A DNA stretch of 64,000 nucleotides from Octopus sinensis (taxonomy: Eukaryota), in assembly GCF_006345805.1 (NCBI RefSeq), contig NC_043020.1, positions 16,306,001 to 16,370,000 of the forward strand, given 5' to 3'. Of the stretch, positions 1-11,075 are shown one piece after another. Under the pieces are notes generated by a model. The model was not told where the DNA came from and made no database searches. It saw only the letters and a program-made list of their open reading frames with translations. The first letter of the stretch is position 1. Each line of letters starts with the position of its first letter. The position numbers and the translations under genes were made by a program.

Positions 1-350
1 AACTACACCTTCCATTTTTTGTTGTTTTTGTACTGCTTAAAGGCACATTTCTTTCCTGCCAAGCTTACTATTTAAACCATGTTTGTGTTCTCCCAGTCAA
101 CAGCCTTGTCATTACTGGTACTTTAAACTCTTTGGTTGCATATTTGTGTGGATAAAATCGTTTTTCTTTGGAATAGAAAAAAAAGTCTATCTTTATTTCT
201 TATTTTGCTGGTGGCCCAAATTTAGGCTACATCAGCATTTCTCAAAGGGGAGGCCTATGGGATGGTCAGACAAGTTGTTTTGAGAAAATTTGGTTGAAAT
301 GTTTCACAACTCAGCACTGTCCATTGGACGTGGTGGGGACCGTTTTGCTC

Positions 351-386
<36 letters not shown>

Positions 387-1167
387 GCTGAGTTATGTAT
401 GCTCATAGGAGCCTTTATTCTCCATAATCTAAAAATAGAATTCCCATTTATAGATGCAGGTTTTATATAGGAATGACGGCCTTATAGCCACGCATAATCT
501 AAACGGCCATGATCAGATAGACTTAGGAAGGACCTCTAAGCTTTCTTCTCTTTCAAAGGATGGGCTTACGGTTACGATAGATGCTAACCGAATAGTGTAG
601 ATTTTTTAGACGTAATTTTAATGTAAGATCGGATAGATTTAAACCTTTTCCGTAAGCCCAATGAAAAGCTATCGTATATTAGCAAAGATTCGAACCATCC
701 ACCAGTTATCCTTAGGAACTTAGTCGGCAATGTAGGTAGAAGAATATCTTCAATTTCTTCGGACGAGGCAGCATTCCATAATGCTGCACCTTATTACGAT
801 AGCGCATTAAAGAATAGTGGATTCTCTGAGAAGATCCAGTTCACACCAGCTTAATGCTGATAATAATGCTGCACGAAGAACTAGGACCAGGAAAGTTTTG
901 TGGTCAAACCCGGCTTTCAATTTGGCCGTAAAGACTAATATAGGTAAGGAATTTTTGAGATTAGTCTCTAAGCATTTTAAGCAGGGTCATATTCTATAGG
1001 ATATTTAATAGAAGAACCCTGAAGGTTAGCTATTCTTGTTGCAGAAATTTCGCCTCTTACATTAGCCAACATAATAGGAAGCTAATTGAGATTAGACATG
1101 GTGCCGAGCCATTAAGAAATGTAATTTCAAAAACGAAAGCTCCTGTCCGTTAGAAGGGAAATGTCTT

Positions 1168-1572
1168 GTGAAAGGAGTAGTTTATAGAGCCAAGGTGCAA
1201 GTGGAAGGCTCATTGGAATACAAGACATACACAGGGGCTTCAGAAAATTCATTTAAAACAAGATTTTATTCTCATAAAAATTCATTTAAATACACAGAGA
1301 ATAGGAAGAAAACCAGCCTAGTAAAATATGTCTGGGAACTAAAAGAAAAGGAAGCCCCACCTTTCAACGTGACATGGAGCATTCTGGACAGAGCGGCACC
1401 ATACAGGCATGGAGCATACAAAAATAATTTCAAGTGCAAGCTTTGTCTATTAGAAAAAATGTACATCTTATTCAAAGACAATAATTCTTTGAATCAAAGA
1501 AGTGAGCTAATGAACTTATGTAGGCACGCGGCTAAATTTAAAATGTCGAATATAAATATACCATATGGATAA
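1168..1572 (+). pseudogene. GIY-YIG endonuclease domain of the Penelope-like element
   Basis: GVVY...YTG, KTRFYSH, CKLCLLEK, LNQRSEL...CRH..KF; frame open over the domain but upstream RT disrupted. Confidence 0.85.
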
Positions 1573-2628
1573 GTATATATTTTGTATTTTTGATTTTGAT
1601 TTTGACTCTGAAACGATGAGCGCTACGATGGATTTTGTTTCCAAGCTATGCGGATCTTAATCCGTATAGCAAAGTCTTATGTTTCTACATATATATTAGG
1701 AAAAACCTCCAACTTTGTTTTCATGTTATTGTATTGTATAGGATTACCTTGATTATTTATATTACCTTGATTATTTATAAATACCCAAAATAGGATGTTA
1801 TATTTTATTTTATATGTCTTTCGTATATATTTTTATTAATGCACCCATATTTAAAAAGCAATGTTTTTTTTAAAAAAAAGCAATGTTGTCAAAATTAGAA
1901 TGTTGATATAAGTATGTTATAGCAAAGCATATGTATTTGTAAGCATGCGTATCTGTGTATGTGTAAGTGAAAGTATGTTGTGCTTAAGAACACATATACA
2001 CGACTGTATGTATATGTATCTTGTGTATGTATACTTGTCTCCATATATGCCAATAATGCCGTTACACTGCTTGTATACATAATTTTTTCTTATTTCGTTT
2101 TTTCCCCACACCTCCTTCGTTCTTTTTTTCTCTCTCTCCCTTTCTTTCGTCCACCCCCCTTACTCAGTATATGAGAATCGCTACATACATGATTTTTAGC
2201 TTGCGTGCGAGAAGTTTGCGTGAATATATGTACCATGCATTTATGTGTATATTTAGATTTATATTCATACGTCTGTATATGTATGGTGTTTACGCGCATC
2301 CTTTTGTGTATGTTGTTATATATATGTAGATTTTAATATAAATATGTATTGCAGTGTATATTTATAACAGGTTTAATTTCTATGCATTAATTTGCACTTT
2401 CTTCATTAACGTCAATATGTATTTTATTCAATGTAAGGTTTTTTCCTCGGATTTTATAATTTTTATAAGTTTTTTTTTTATATATATATACATATATTTT
2501 TGACCTTTTTGTTTATCGCTCGAGATTGACCGTTTTTTCTAAAGGGCCAATCAAACAAGTCCATTTCTTTTTAAAGGTGTAGCGTTTGTAAGAGTCTAGA
2601 TTGAATTGATATATCGGTTCCATTCTAG

Positions 2629-2678
2629 CAAAAACTGTCTGATGAACGGCAACGAGAAACTCAGAGTAACAGATTTTG
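2629..2678 (+). ncRNA. Type I minimal hammerhead ribozyme motif
   Basis: CTGT-CTGATGA-A-CG(GCAA)CG-A-GAAA-C-TCAGA-GT-A-ACAG; helix I CTGT/ACAG extended by AAAA/TTTT; GUA cleavage triplet. Confidence 0.75.
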
Positions 2679-2914
2679 TTGAATTTTCTGCTGCTTAAAA
2701 TAAAGTATATATATATATATATATATAAGTAGTAGAATGAATTATCTTAGTATGGATAATTCGGTTAATCGATACCTAGGTAGCAAATTCACGTCAGAAA
2801 AACACGGTTGAAGCTACATGCCAAGGGCAGAGATCACGTGCTTTCGTGTGGAAATTTGTGTATTTTTTTAAATACAATAAATGAAAGAATGGAGTTGAAC
2901 GACGATTTAACAAA

Positions 2915-3013
2915 ATTCCTTATTCTCGACATATGTTTCAAAGGCTGCATATTCCTAATTTCGAAGGAATAAGGAGTGCATTATGCCGCCTTCTCATTAG
3001 GAAAAACAAGGAA
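2915..3013 (-). ncRNA. Hammerhead motif (G5A variant), left palindrome arm
   Basis: Mirror of 3141-3239 with extra CpG-type changes (CCTTT-GAAAC-ATAT-GTC). Confidence 0.5.
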
Positions 3014-3140
3014 CTTATGTCAGCATCAAGATGAACAAAAACTTTTAGATGACTGCCCACACGGAGCCCATAGCTTATCGCTATGGGCTCCGTGTGGGCA
3101 GTCATCTAAAAGTTTTTGTTCATCTTGATGCTGACATAAG

Positions 3141-3239
3141 TTCCTTGTTTTTCCTAATGAGAAGGCGGCATAATGCACTCCTTATTCCTTCGAAATTAGG
3201 AATATGCAGCCTTCGAAACGTATGTCGAGAATAAAGGAA
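3141..3239 (+). ncRNA. Hammerhead motif (G5A variant), right palindrome arm
   Basis: TTCCTTGTTTTTC-CTAATGA-GAAGGCGGCATA...TATGCAGCCTTC-GAAA-C-GTAT-GT-C-GAGAATAAAGGAA; helix II 11/12 bp, helix I 11/13 bp including one G-U. Confidence 0.6.
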
Positions 3240-3281
3240 TTTTGTTAAATCGTCGTTCAACTCCATTCTTTCATTTATATA

Positions 3282-3321
<40 letters not shown>

Positions 3322-3577
3322 AGTATGTGTGTATGGGAAAAAAGTCAAGATAGAAAATGCTAAAATAATTTTATAAAAAACATTTCAGTACCGGTTTCAG
3401 TCATTGAGACTTTTTCAACTGTAACAATTAAATAATTAAATTTAGAAAAATTAAAAGAAAAGTTTTTTTAAAAGAATATTTGCACAGTGTTCAAATAAGT
3501 GGCATTTTTCTTGTTTCTGCCTGTCTCTGTCTCTGTCTCTCTTGTTTAATCTCGTAGGTTTGAGGTCGTTATACATG

Positions 3578-3974
3578 CTCTTTGCTCTTTTGCTTGTTTC
3601 AGTCATTTGACTGCGGCCATGCTGGAGCACTGCCTTTTAGTCGAGTAAATCGACCCCGGGACTTATTCTTTGTAAGCCCAGTACTTATTCTATCGGTCTT
3701 TTTGCCGAACCGCTAAGTGATGGGGACGTAAACACACCAGCATCAGTTGTCAAGCAATGCTAGGGGGACAAACACAGACACACACACATATATATATATA
3801 CATATATGCGACAGGCTTCTTTCAGTTTCCATCTACCAAATCTACTCACAAGGCATTGGTCGGCCCGGGGCTATAGCAGAAGACACTTGCCCAACGTGCC
3901 ACGCAGTGGGACTGAACCCGGAACCATGTGGTTGGTTAGCAAGCTACTTACCACACAGCCACTCCTGCGCCTAT
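3578..3974 (-). mobile_element. tRNA-derived SINE family A, full length
   Basis: Minus-strand head with A box TGGCTGTGTGG and B box GGTTCAGTCCC, internal TA/TG repeat, tail GGCAGTGCTCCAGCATGGCCGCAGTCAAATGACTGAAAC. Confidence 0.9.
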
Positions 3975-4000
3975 GATTATACATATGTATAATATATATA

Positions 4001-4220
4001 TATGAGGGAAAACAGAAAAGTTCCTGACTTTCAGTTTATCAAGAAAGCTTTGTTAGAGGTCCAACCTTCTGAGTTCTTTTACAGGGCTTAGAAAAACTGA
4101 AGGACTGCTGCAATAAGTGTGTGAATCTCTGAGGGAAATATACTGAATAAAACCATGATTAACTGATCCTCCTGTATTTTCTTTTATTCAAAGCCAGGAG
4201 CTTTACAGCCTACCTTCATA
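4001..4220 (+). mobile_element. Mariner-derived MITE (about 220 bp)
   Basis: Imperfect ~30-bp TIRs with TA ends; interior translates GLEKLKDCCNKCVNL.GKYTE*, like a mariner transposase C-terminus; homologous to 14160-14374 and 30777-30996. Confidence 0.7.
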
Positions 4221-4800
4221 CTAAATCGTCACTGAAGTTGTTGTTTATTCTCACGGTATTTAACTGTGTCTTTGTGTATGGCTTGTACAGCCTTCAAGTG
4301 GAGGCGCAATGGCCCAGTGGTTAGGGCAGCGGACTCGCGGTCATAGGATCGCGGTTTCGATTCCCACACCGCGCGTTGTGAGTGTTTATTGAGCGAAAAC
4401 ACCTAAAGCTCCCTGAGGCTCCGGCAGGGGATGGTGGTGATCCCTGCTGTACTCTTTCGCCACAACTTTCTCTCACTCTTACTTCCTGTTTCTGTTGTAC
4501 CTGTATTTCAAAGGGCCGGCCTTGTCACTCTCTGTGTCATGCTGAATATCCCCGAGAACTACGTTAAGGGTACACGTGTCTGTGGAGTGCTCAGCCACTT
4601 AAACGTTAATTTCATGAGCAGGCTGTTCCGTTGATTCGGATCAACCGGAACCCTCGTCGTCGTAACCGACGGAGTGCTTCCACACAGCCTTCATGAGCCA
4701 TTGGTCTTCACCTAATTTTCTCAATAACTACCAAATTACTGAATGTGGTATCTTGTCAAATGCCTTTTCAAAATCATCAACAGCCAATAATAGCTGCTTA
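4221..4800 (-). pseudogene. RTE-clade LINE RT fragment interrupted by SINE C
   Basis: KQLLLAVDDFEKAFDKIPHSVIW*LLRKLGEDQWLMKAV, continuing QAIHKDTV..VRINNNFSDD beyond the SINE. Confidence 0.7.
4297..4683 (+). mobile_element. tRNA-derived SINE family C (tRNA-Arg-like head), full length
   Basis: Head GGAGGCGCAATGGCCCAGTGGTTAGGGCAGCGGACTCGCGGTC..GGTTTCGATTCCC; 10-bp TSD ACAGCCTTCA (4287-4296, 4684-4693). Confidence 0.92.
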
Positions 4801-5787
4801 TATCTATATTTACATATAGATATATGTGTGCATGAGTATATATATAGACTTATATATAATATGTAATACATACATATATTTCTATACATAAATATATGTA
4901 TGTGTGTGTGCATTAATATATATATATATACACATACATATATGTGTATGTATGTATATGCATGTATGCATAGTTTATATACATATGTGTGTGTATATAT
5001 ATATGTATATATATATATATACATATACATACATATATATGTGTGTGTATGTATGTATATGCATGTATATATATTTTTATATGCATATGTGTGTGTGTAT
5101 ATATATATATATATATAAATATATATAAATGTAAATGTTTGTATATATGCATGTATAAACATATTTATATAAATACACGTATATATATACATACATATTT
5201 ATATTTATAAGTGTGTGTGTGTGTGTGTGTGTGTGCATATGTGAATGTGTGTGTAAGCACACACACATGTACATAAATACAGGACAGGGACACATTCATT
5301 GAAAAAAGTAAAAAAAAAAAAAAACAAAGAAGAGGAGAGAAAGAGTAGCATCGAAAACAATAAGAAAAATAATTGCCTGACACAATGCCAAAAAGAAGCA
5401 AATTAAGTCCTTAAATCTTTGCCAGATAATAGATATTCAATTCCAAGTTTTTATAAGAACAGGTTTAATTTCAATTAAACAGAGCCAAAATTCCTATAAT
5501 GGCATTAGCATTAAAACAGCTTGAATATTTCAGCCATCGATGCCAAACTCAGCAAATGTTATTGTGTTGCTGACTTTTTTCGATAATATTAAACACATAA
5601 TGCAGTTAGTTTCGTTTTAGTTTCTTTCAGTTTGCAACACTATTTTGGTCAAATCATATGCATACATATATACATACATACAGCATGCACACACACACAC
5701 ATACATACACACGCATGTGTGTGTATGTATATATGTATGCATGTATGTATATATGTACATGTATGTATGCATATAAATATATATATC

Positions 5788-5828
<41 letters not shown>

Positions 5829-5943
5829 TATATATTATATATATATATATTATATATATATATATAATATTATATATATATATATATATTATATATATAT
5901 ATATATTATATATATATAATATATATATATACATATATACTAT

Positions 5944-6170
5944 GTAGAGGCGCAATGGCCTAGTGGTTAGGGCAGCGGACTCGCGGTCGCAGGATCGCGG
6001 TTTCGATTCTCAGACTGGGCGTTGTGGGTGTTTATTGAGCGAAAACACCTAAAAGCTCTACGAGGCTCCGGCAGGGGGTGGTGATCCCTGCTGTACTCTT
6101 TCACCACAATGGCGGTGCCCCAGCATGGCCACAGCTCAAGAGCTGAAACTGGAAAAACAAAAACAAAAAC
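5944..6170 (+). mobile_element. SINE C head fused to a CR1-type LINE tail
   Basis: Family C sequence to 6110, then GGCGGTGCCCCAGCATGGCCACAGCTCAAGAGCTGAAAC and an (AAAAAC)n tail. Confidence 0.75.
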
Positions 6171-6530
6171 TATACATATATCTGTATATATATATTAATA
6201 TGATATACCTACATACGTACACATACATATATACATACCTGTATATGTGTGTGTATACACACACACACTCATATATATATTTTGTTTGACAGTTGGGGAG
6301 AATGGAAAAGTCATTGACATTTCAAGCCTTCACTCTTTGACAGAAAGGATTCAGAGGAAAAATATGGGGAGAGAACAAAAAAACAAAGAGAGAAAAATGT
6401 ATGTAGAGATTAACAGTTTATGTATGTATGGTTATATATATATATATATACACACACACATATATATATGCATACATATATATATGCATATATCTATATG
6501 TATATATCTATCCATCTATATATATATATA

Positions 6531-6722
6531 AAGGGAGGGTTTACAAAAATAAACAAAAGACGAAAGCAGGTGGAGTACAAACAAACAAATGTATTAGTAT
6601 AGCGCTCAGGAATAGAAATAGAAAAAGTCTTTTACGTCTCGAGCCTACGCTCTTCGACAGAAAGATACACAGAAAAAAACAAGGAGAGAAAAAAATGCGT
6701 GTAGGAGCTAATGATCTATCAT
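6531..6722 (-). mobile_element. Short hammerhead-bearing element, family G, in (TA)n
   Basis: Homologous to 9778-9993 and 10948-11163; flanked by TA repeats. Confidence 0.75.
6628..6665 (-). ncRNA. Minimal hammerhead motif with CUGUCGA core variant; GAAA mutated to GAGA
   Basis: TCTTT-CTGTCGA-A-GAGC(GTAG)GCTC-GAGA-CGT-A-AAAGA. Confidence 0.55.
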
Positions 6723-7554
6723 ATATATATATATATGTAGATGTAGGTACGTACATATATGTTTGTATGCATGCATATATTTTATTTATTACATTATTGT
6801 CTGACAGCGCGTTCGCGTCAGGGTCGATTCGATTCGTCATTTCGTCCCACCTCCCTTCCTCCCAGTTTTGTTTTATATATATATATATATTATATATATA
6901 TACACATGTATATGTATATGGATGTATGTATGTATATATATTAATATTTGATACCTATAAGTGGCAAGCTGGCAGAATCGTTGGTATGCTGGAAAAAATG
7001 CATAATCGTATTTCTTCTGGCTGTACATTCTAAGTTCAAACGCTGAGGTCAACTTTCTTCATTCTTTCAGAGTCGATAAATTAAGTACCAGTTGAACACT
7101 GGGCTCACTCTATCTGACTTACATCCTCCGCAAGATTACTGGTCTTGAACGAAAATTTGAAGCCGACATATGATACATACATAGACATACAGGTGTGTGA
7201 GTGGGTGTATGTGTCTATATCTGTGTTCACTTTTTCTATATGAAGAATTTTAGAGCTCAAATGCAAAGCGAACAGAAACCAAGCGAGCTTGGTTGGGCTT
7301 GAACCTGTATGTCGGTTCTTATCACTTTAGTATAACTACCACTGTACTATATGTTCAACAGATATTAAATCCTCTGACCTCTGTTATCTCTTTCTCTCTC
7401 TCTCTCTCTCTTCCTCTCTCTTTCTCTCCTCCTCCTCTTCTGCTTATCTGTTATCTATCCATCTATTGCTATCTCTCTTTGTCCTTATATTATATGTACA
7501 CACACACACACTCATACACACACATACATACACACACAGACACATACATATGTA

Positions 7555-7622
7555 GATAGATAAAAAGATGATAGAGACAGAGACAGACAGACAGACAGAC
7601 CGACAGATAGATAGATAGATAA

Positions 7623-7707
<85 letters not shown>

Positions 7708-7778
7708 TAGACAGACAGATAGATAGATAAATAGATAGATAGATAGATAGAGCTAGATAGACAGACACACAGACAGAC

Positions 7779-7847
<69 letters not shown>

Positions 7848-7850
7848 CAT
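7555..7850. repeat. (GATA)n/(GACA)n compound microsatellite
   Basis: Direct inspection. Confidence 0.98.
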
Positions 7851-8259
7851 AGATAGGGAGAGAGAGAAAAAGAAAGAAAGAAAGAAAGAAAGGATGTGAA
7901 TAATCTGTTAATTTAAACTCAAAACCCGACAGCATATTTCTCCGTCTTATATCCAACTTCCAAACTTCTGGGGCAACAATAAATGCCTGTCACTATGCAG
8001 AGTTATTCATTTCTCCTAATATTTCGGATGAATTTGCTTGAACCACATATTGTCCAAAATATCAATATATCTGACGTAATAATTATGTAATGGCCACTGA
8101 AATGTGTACAAAGTGTTATAAGTAAATAATTTTGTTCTGTAGTCTCGTGTACTTGAACTATCTATCTATCTGGTTGTCTATTTATCAAGGCAGACAGTAT
8201 ATATGTTTGTATGAATGTATATATATTTATATATGCATATATATGTATATATATATATA

Positions 8260-8429
<170 letters not shown>

Positions 8430-8609
8430 ATGAATTTATATAAATAACGATCTTATCCTTATTCATATAAATTTATATATTTACTTCGTCATTATATTCA
8501 CTGCAGTAGTATTTTGATCATATTGCACGTGGGGTTTAGGCAGGCAATTTAAACTGGTCGTGTGCATACATGCATATAAATGTGCATATACATGCGTATA
8601 TGTAAGTAT

Positions 8610-8808
8610 TCATATGGCGTATATCAAAATGTGACCACTTGTGTACCGTTGGCGATTTTTTCCTCCGTCTTTCCTTTTCCAATGTTTCTGACAAAGAGCT
8701 CTGCTCGAAACATTAAATCCTCCTTCTTTCTTTCCTTTCCTGAGCATCCAATAACACTATACTTGTTCTATGTCCTCGCGTTGTTGTGTTTTCATGTTTG
8801 GATTAACT
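8610..8808 (+). mobile_element. Short hammerhead-bearing element, family F
   Basis: Homologous to minus-strand copies at 25218-25425 and 30383-30585; each ends GGATTAACT next to TA-rich sequence. Confidence 0.75.
8685..8717 (+). ncRNA. Minimal hammerhead motif, decayed copy (family F)
   Basis: TTT-CTGACAA-A-GAGC(TCT)GCTC-GAAA-CAT-T-AAA; differs from the family consensus CTGACGA/GAAACGT by CpG transitions. Confidence 0.5.
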
Positions 8809-9090
8809 ATATATATTTTATATATTTGTATTTATGTATTATTTTGTGTATATCTCTCTGATGAGGCAAAGCATTTTTTATGCAAAGCCAGAAATCTGGG
8901 ATCTGGAATTATCCAATAATTTTTTGCTAGTTTATTTTGTCTCTTTGTCTTCTCTCCTGGTGCTGTATGAATATTTGCTGTAGTCTTAGAGTCAAGTTTT
9001 GACTTCTATATCTAGCATGATAGTATCTTTTAGATACCCTTAATTATAATTTTATGTAATTTTACTTATATTTTATATATATATATATCA

Positions 9091-9136
<46 letters not shown>

Positions 9137-9406
9137 TGATGAAGGGAAGGTTCTTACGAACTAACTCTAAAATCGGCCCGATATGGTAATAATGGGATTT
9201 TTTTAGAAATTTCTGTCGGCTTTCTTCAAAACACGTGCTTGTAGTGATAAATTACATGGTTATTGACGTTGTGTCTTTTTTCGGCATATTTTGGCATTAG
9301 AAATTATTTGTTTTGCCTTTACTTATAAATTATATATATATATATATAAAGTCACGAGTAAAAGAGTCAAAAGGAAGAGTAAATACAGTTAGGCAGCTTT
9401 TTAATG

Positions 9407-9529
9407 ATCACTACAAATGTTTTGATACATATAGATCTATGTATATATACAGGATTTAGATTTAAATTTAATTAAATTAGGTAACGATTTACCTGTATAA
9501 TAAGATCCATATATATCTCCTCAGGCAAT
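9407..9529 (-). ncRNA. Hammerhead motif with long helix II (G12A decayed)
   Basis: ATTGC-CTGAGGA-GATATATATGGATCT...AGATCTATATGTATC-AAAA-C-ATTT-GT-A-GTGAT; 15-bp helix II. Confidence 0.55.
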
Positions 9530-9702
9530 ATTTAATCGCTGTCTCAGCAAGTAAATTTAGATTTCAATGCTATTAAAACCATGGCTCCTTTGAAACTAAC
9601 AAATGCTGACGCTTTCAATTCGCTCACTATGAGTGCTTTATTACACATTCGACATGAGCGGCAATGTGCACATTGTCTGTTTATTTAGTTTCAACTGACT
9701 AT

Positions 9703-9756
<54 letters not shown>

Positions 9757-9869
9757 AAAGTCAAGTCAGTCGCCATGATAAATCGTTAGCCACAACAAAC
9801 ACATTTTTTTCTCTCCTTTTTTCTCTCCTTTTTTTTTTCTCTCCTTGTTATTCTCTTTCTGTTATTCTA

Positions 9870-9905
9870 TTTCTGTAGAAGAGCATAGGCTCGAAACGTA
9901 AAAGA
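9870..9905 (+). ncRNA. Minimal hammerhead motif with CUGUAGA core variant (family G)
   Basis: TTT-CTGTAGA-A-GAGC(ATAG)GCTC-GAAA-CGT-A-AAAGA. Confidence 0.6.
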
Positions 9906-10219
9906 CTTTTTCTATTCCTGAGCGTTATACTAATACATCTGTTTGTTTTGTACACCACCTGTCTTCGTCTTTTGTTTTTTCGTAAACTCTCCTTATATAT
10001 ATATATATATATGCATGTGTGTGTGTGTATACATACAGTGGCTGTCTGGTCTGCTCTTTGCAGAGCTTCACCTCTTCTTGTTCCATTAATTGTTCTTTCC
10101 TAGCCTATGATCTTAAATGACTTTTGAGTTTTGAAAGATATTTGAAGAGCTGATCACATATACTGTTACAATATCTCATTTCAGAATTGGCTTCATTTTC
10201 CACTTCAATAATCTTGTTG

Positions 10220-10463
10220 ATAGGCGCAGGACTGGCTGTGTGGTATGTAGCTTGCTTACCAACCACATGGTTCCGGGTTCAGTCCCACTGCATGGCATCT
10301 TGGGCAAGTGTCTTTTACTATAGCCTCAGGCCAACCAAAGCCTTGGGGGTGGATTTCATAGACGGAAATGCAAAGAAGCCCATCGTTTATATGTATATAT
10401 ATATGTGTGTGTGTGCATATGCTTGTGTGTCTGTGTTTGGCCCCCTAGCATTGCTTGACAACC
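10220..10463 (+). mobile_element. SINE A, 3'-truncated
   Basis: ATAGGCGCAGGACTGGCTGTGTGG head; duplicated at 11394-11637. Confidence 0.85.
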
Positions 10464-11039
10464 TATTTGAAAATGATACCACGCTTACCATCCCTACAAG
10501 AAGTGCAAAATATCGTGTTAACTGGAACGGCTCATGTACAGAGAAGAGCATTATTGCTTTGAAAACAACATCCATTCATGAATTTATTTATTCATTAATG
10601 TTTTAAATATATATTTTACCTGTGTATGCATACAATGAGCTTCTCTGCCCTAGGTGTACGGAAAACACTCAGCAAGAAACGGAAGAAAATTTGAAGAAAG
10701 AAGGTAAAAAAATGATAATTATAATATTAGGGAGTATAACTCCAAACTTACAGTGAAAAATTCAATTTAATATTAAATCAAATTTCACAATATAAAGTTA
10801 TATGTTTTAAAAAATATATTTTATTTTTTATTTATGATTTGGTTTATGTCTATCATTGTTTGAATTGCATAATAGCAGTTTTTCTCTAATTTATATATTA
10901 TATATATATATATATATTATATGTCCAAAGTCAAGTCAGTCGCCATGATAAATCGTTAGCCACAACAAACACATTTTTTTCTCTCCTTTTTTCTCTCCTT
11001 TTTTTTTTCTCTCCTTGTTATTCTCTTTCTGTTATTCTA

Positions 11040-11075
11040 TTTCTGTAGAAGAGCATAGGCTCGAAACGTAAAAGA
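11040..11075 (+). ncRNA. Minimal hammerhead motif (duplicate of 9870-9905)
   Basis: Identical sequence in the second tandem unit. Confidence 0.6.

Larger units (their letters stand above)
381..2706 (+). mobile_element. 5'-truncated, frameshifted Penelope-like element (RT C-half, Cys linker, GIY-YIG endonuclease, long 3' UTR/pLTR ending in a hammerhead)
   Basis: Translation across frameshifts gives GAELCMLIG, LYRNDG (YRDD motif with D>N), DFLDV, FRKPN..YISKDSNHPP, RRISSISS..AAPYY, KTNIGKEFL, CNFKNESSCPLEGKC, then GIY-YIG. Flanked by (TA)n on both sides. Confidence 0.9.
2878..3276. repeat. Near-perfect fold-back palindrome, 197-bp arms, 5-nt spacer (TTATC)
   Basis: 2878-3074 is the reverse complement of 3080-3276 with about 4 differences. 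Confidence 0.97.

Noticed and set aside
1-330. Possible LINE endonuclease remnant on the minus strand (LSDHP, AFKQYKNN)
   Set aside because: Two short motifs in different frames with many stops; insufficient.
8851-8905. CTGATGA-GGC...GCC-A-GAAA hammerhead-like motif
   Set aside because: Helix II is good but helix I does not pair; at best a decayed copy, so not counted.
9134-9175. CTGATGAAGGGAAGGTTCTTACGAAC
   Set aside because: No intact GAAA, helix III or helix I.
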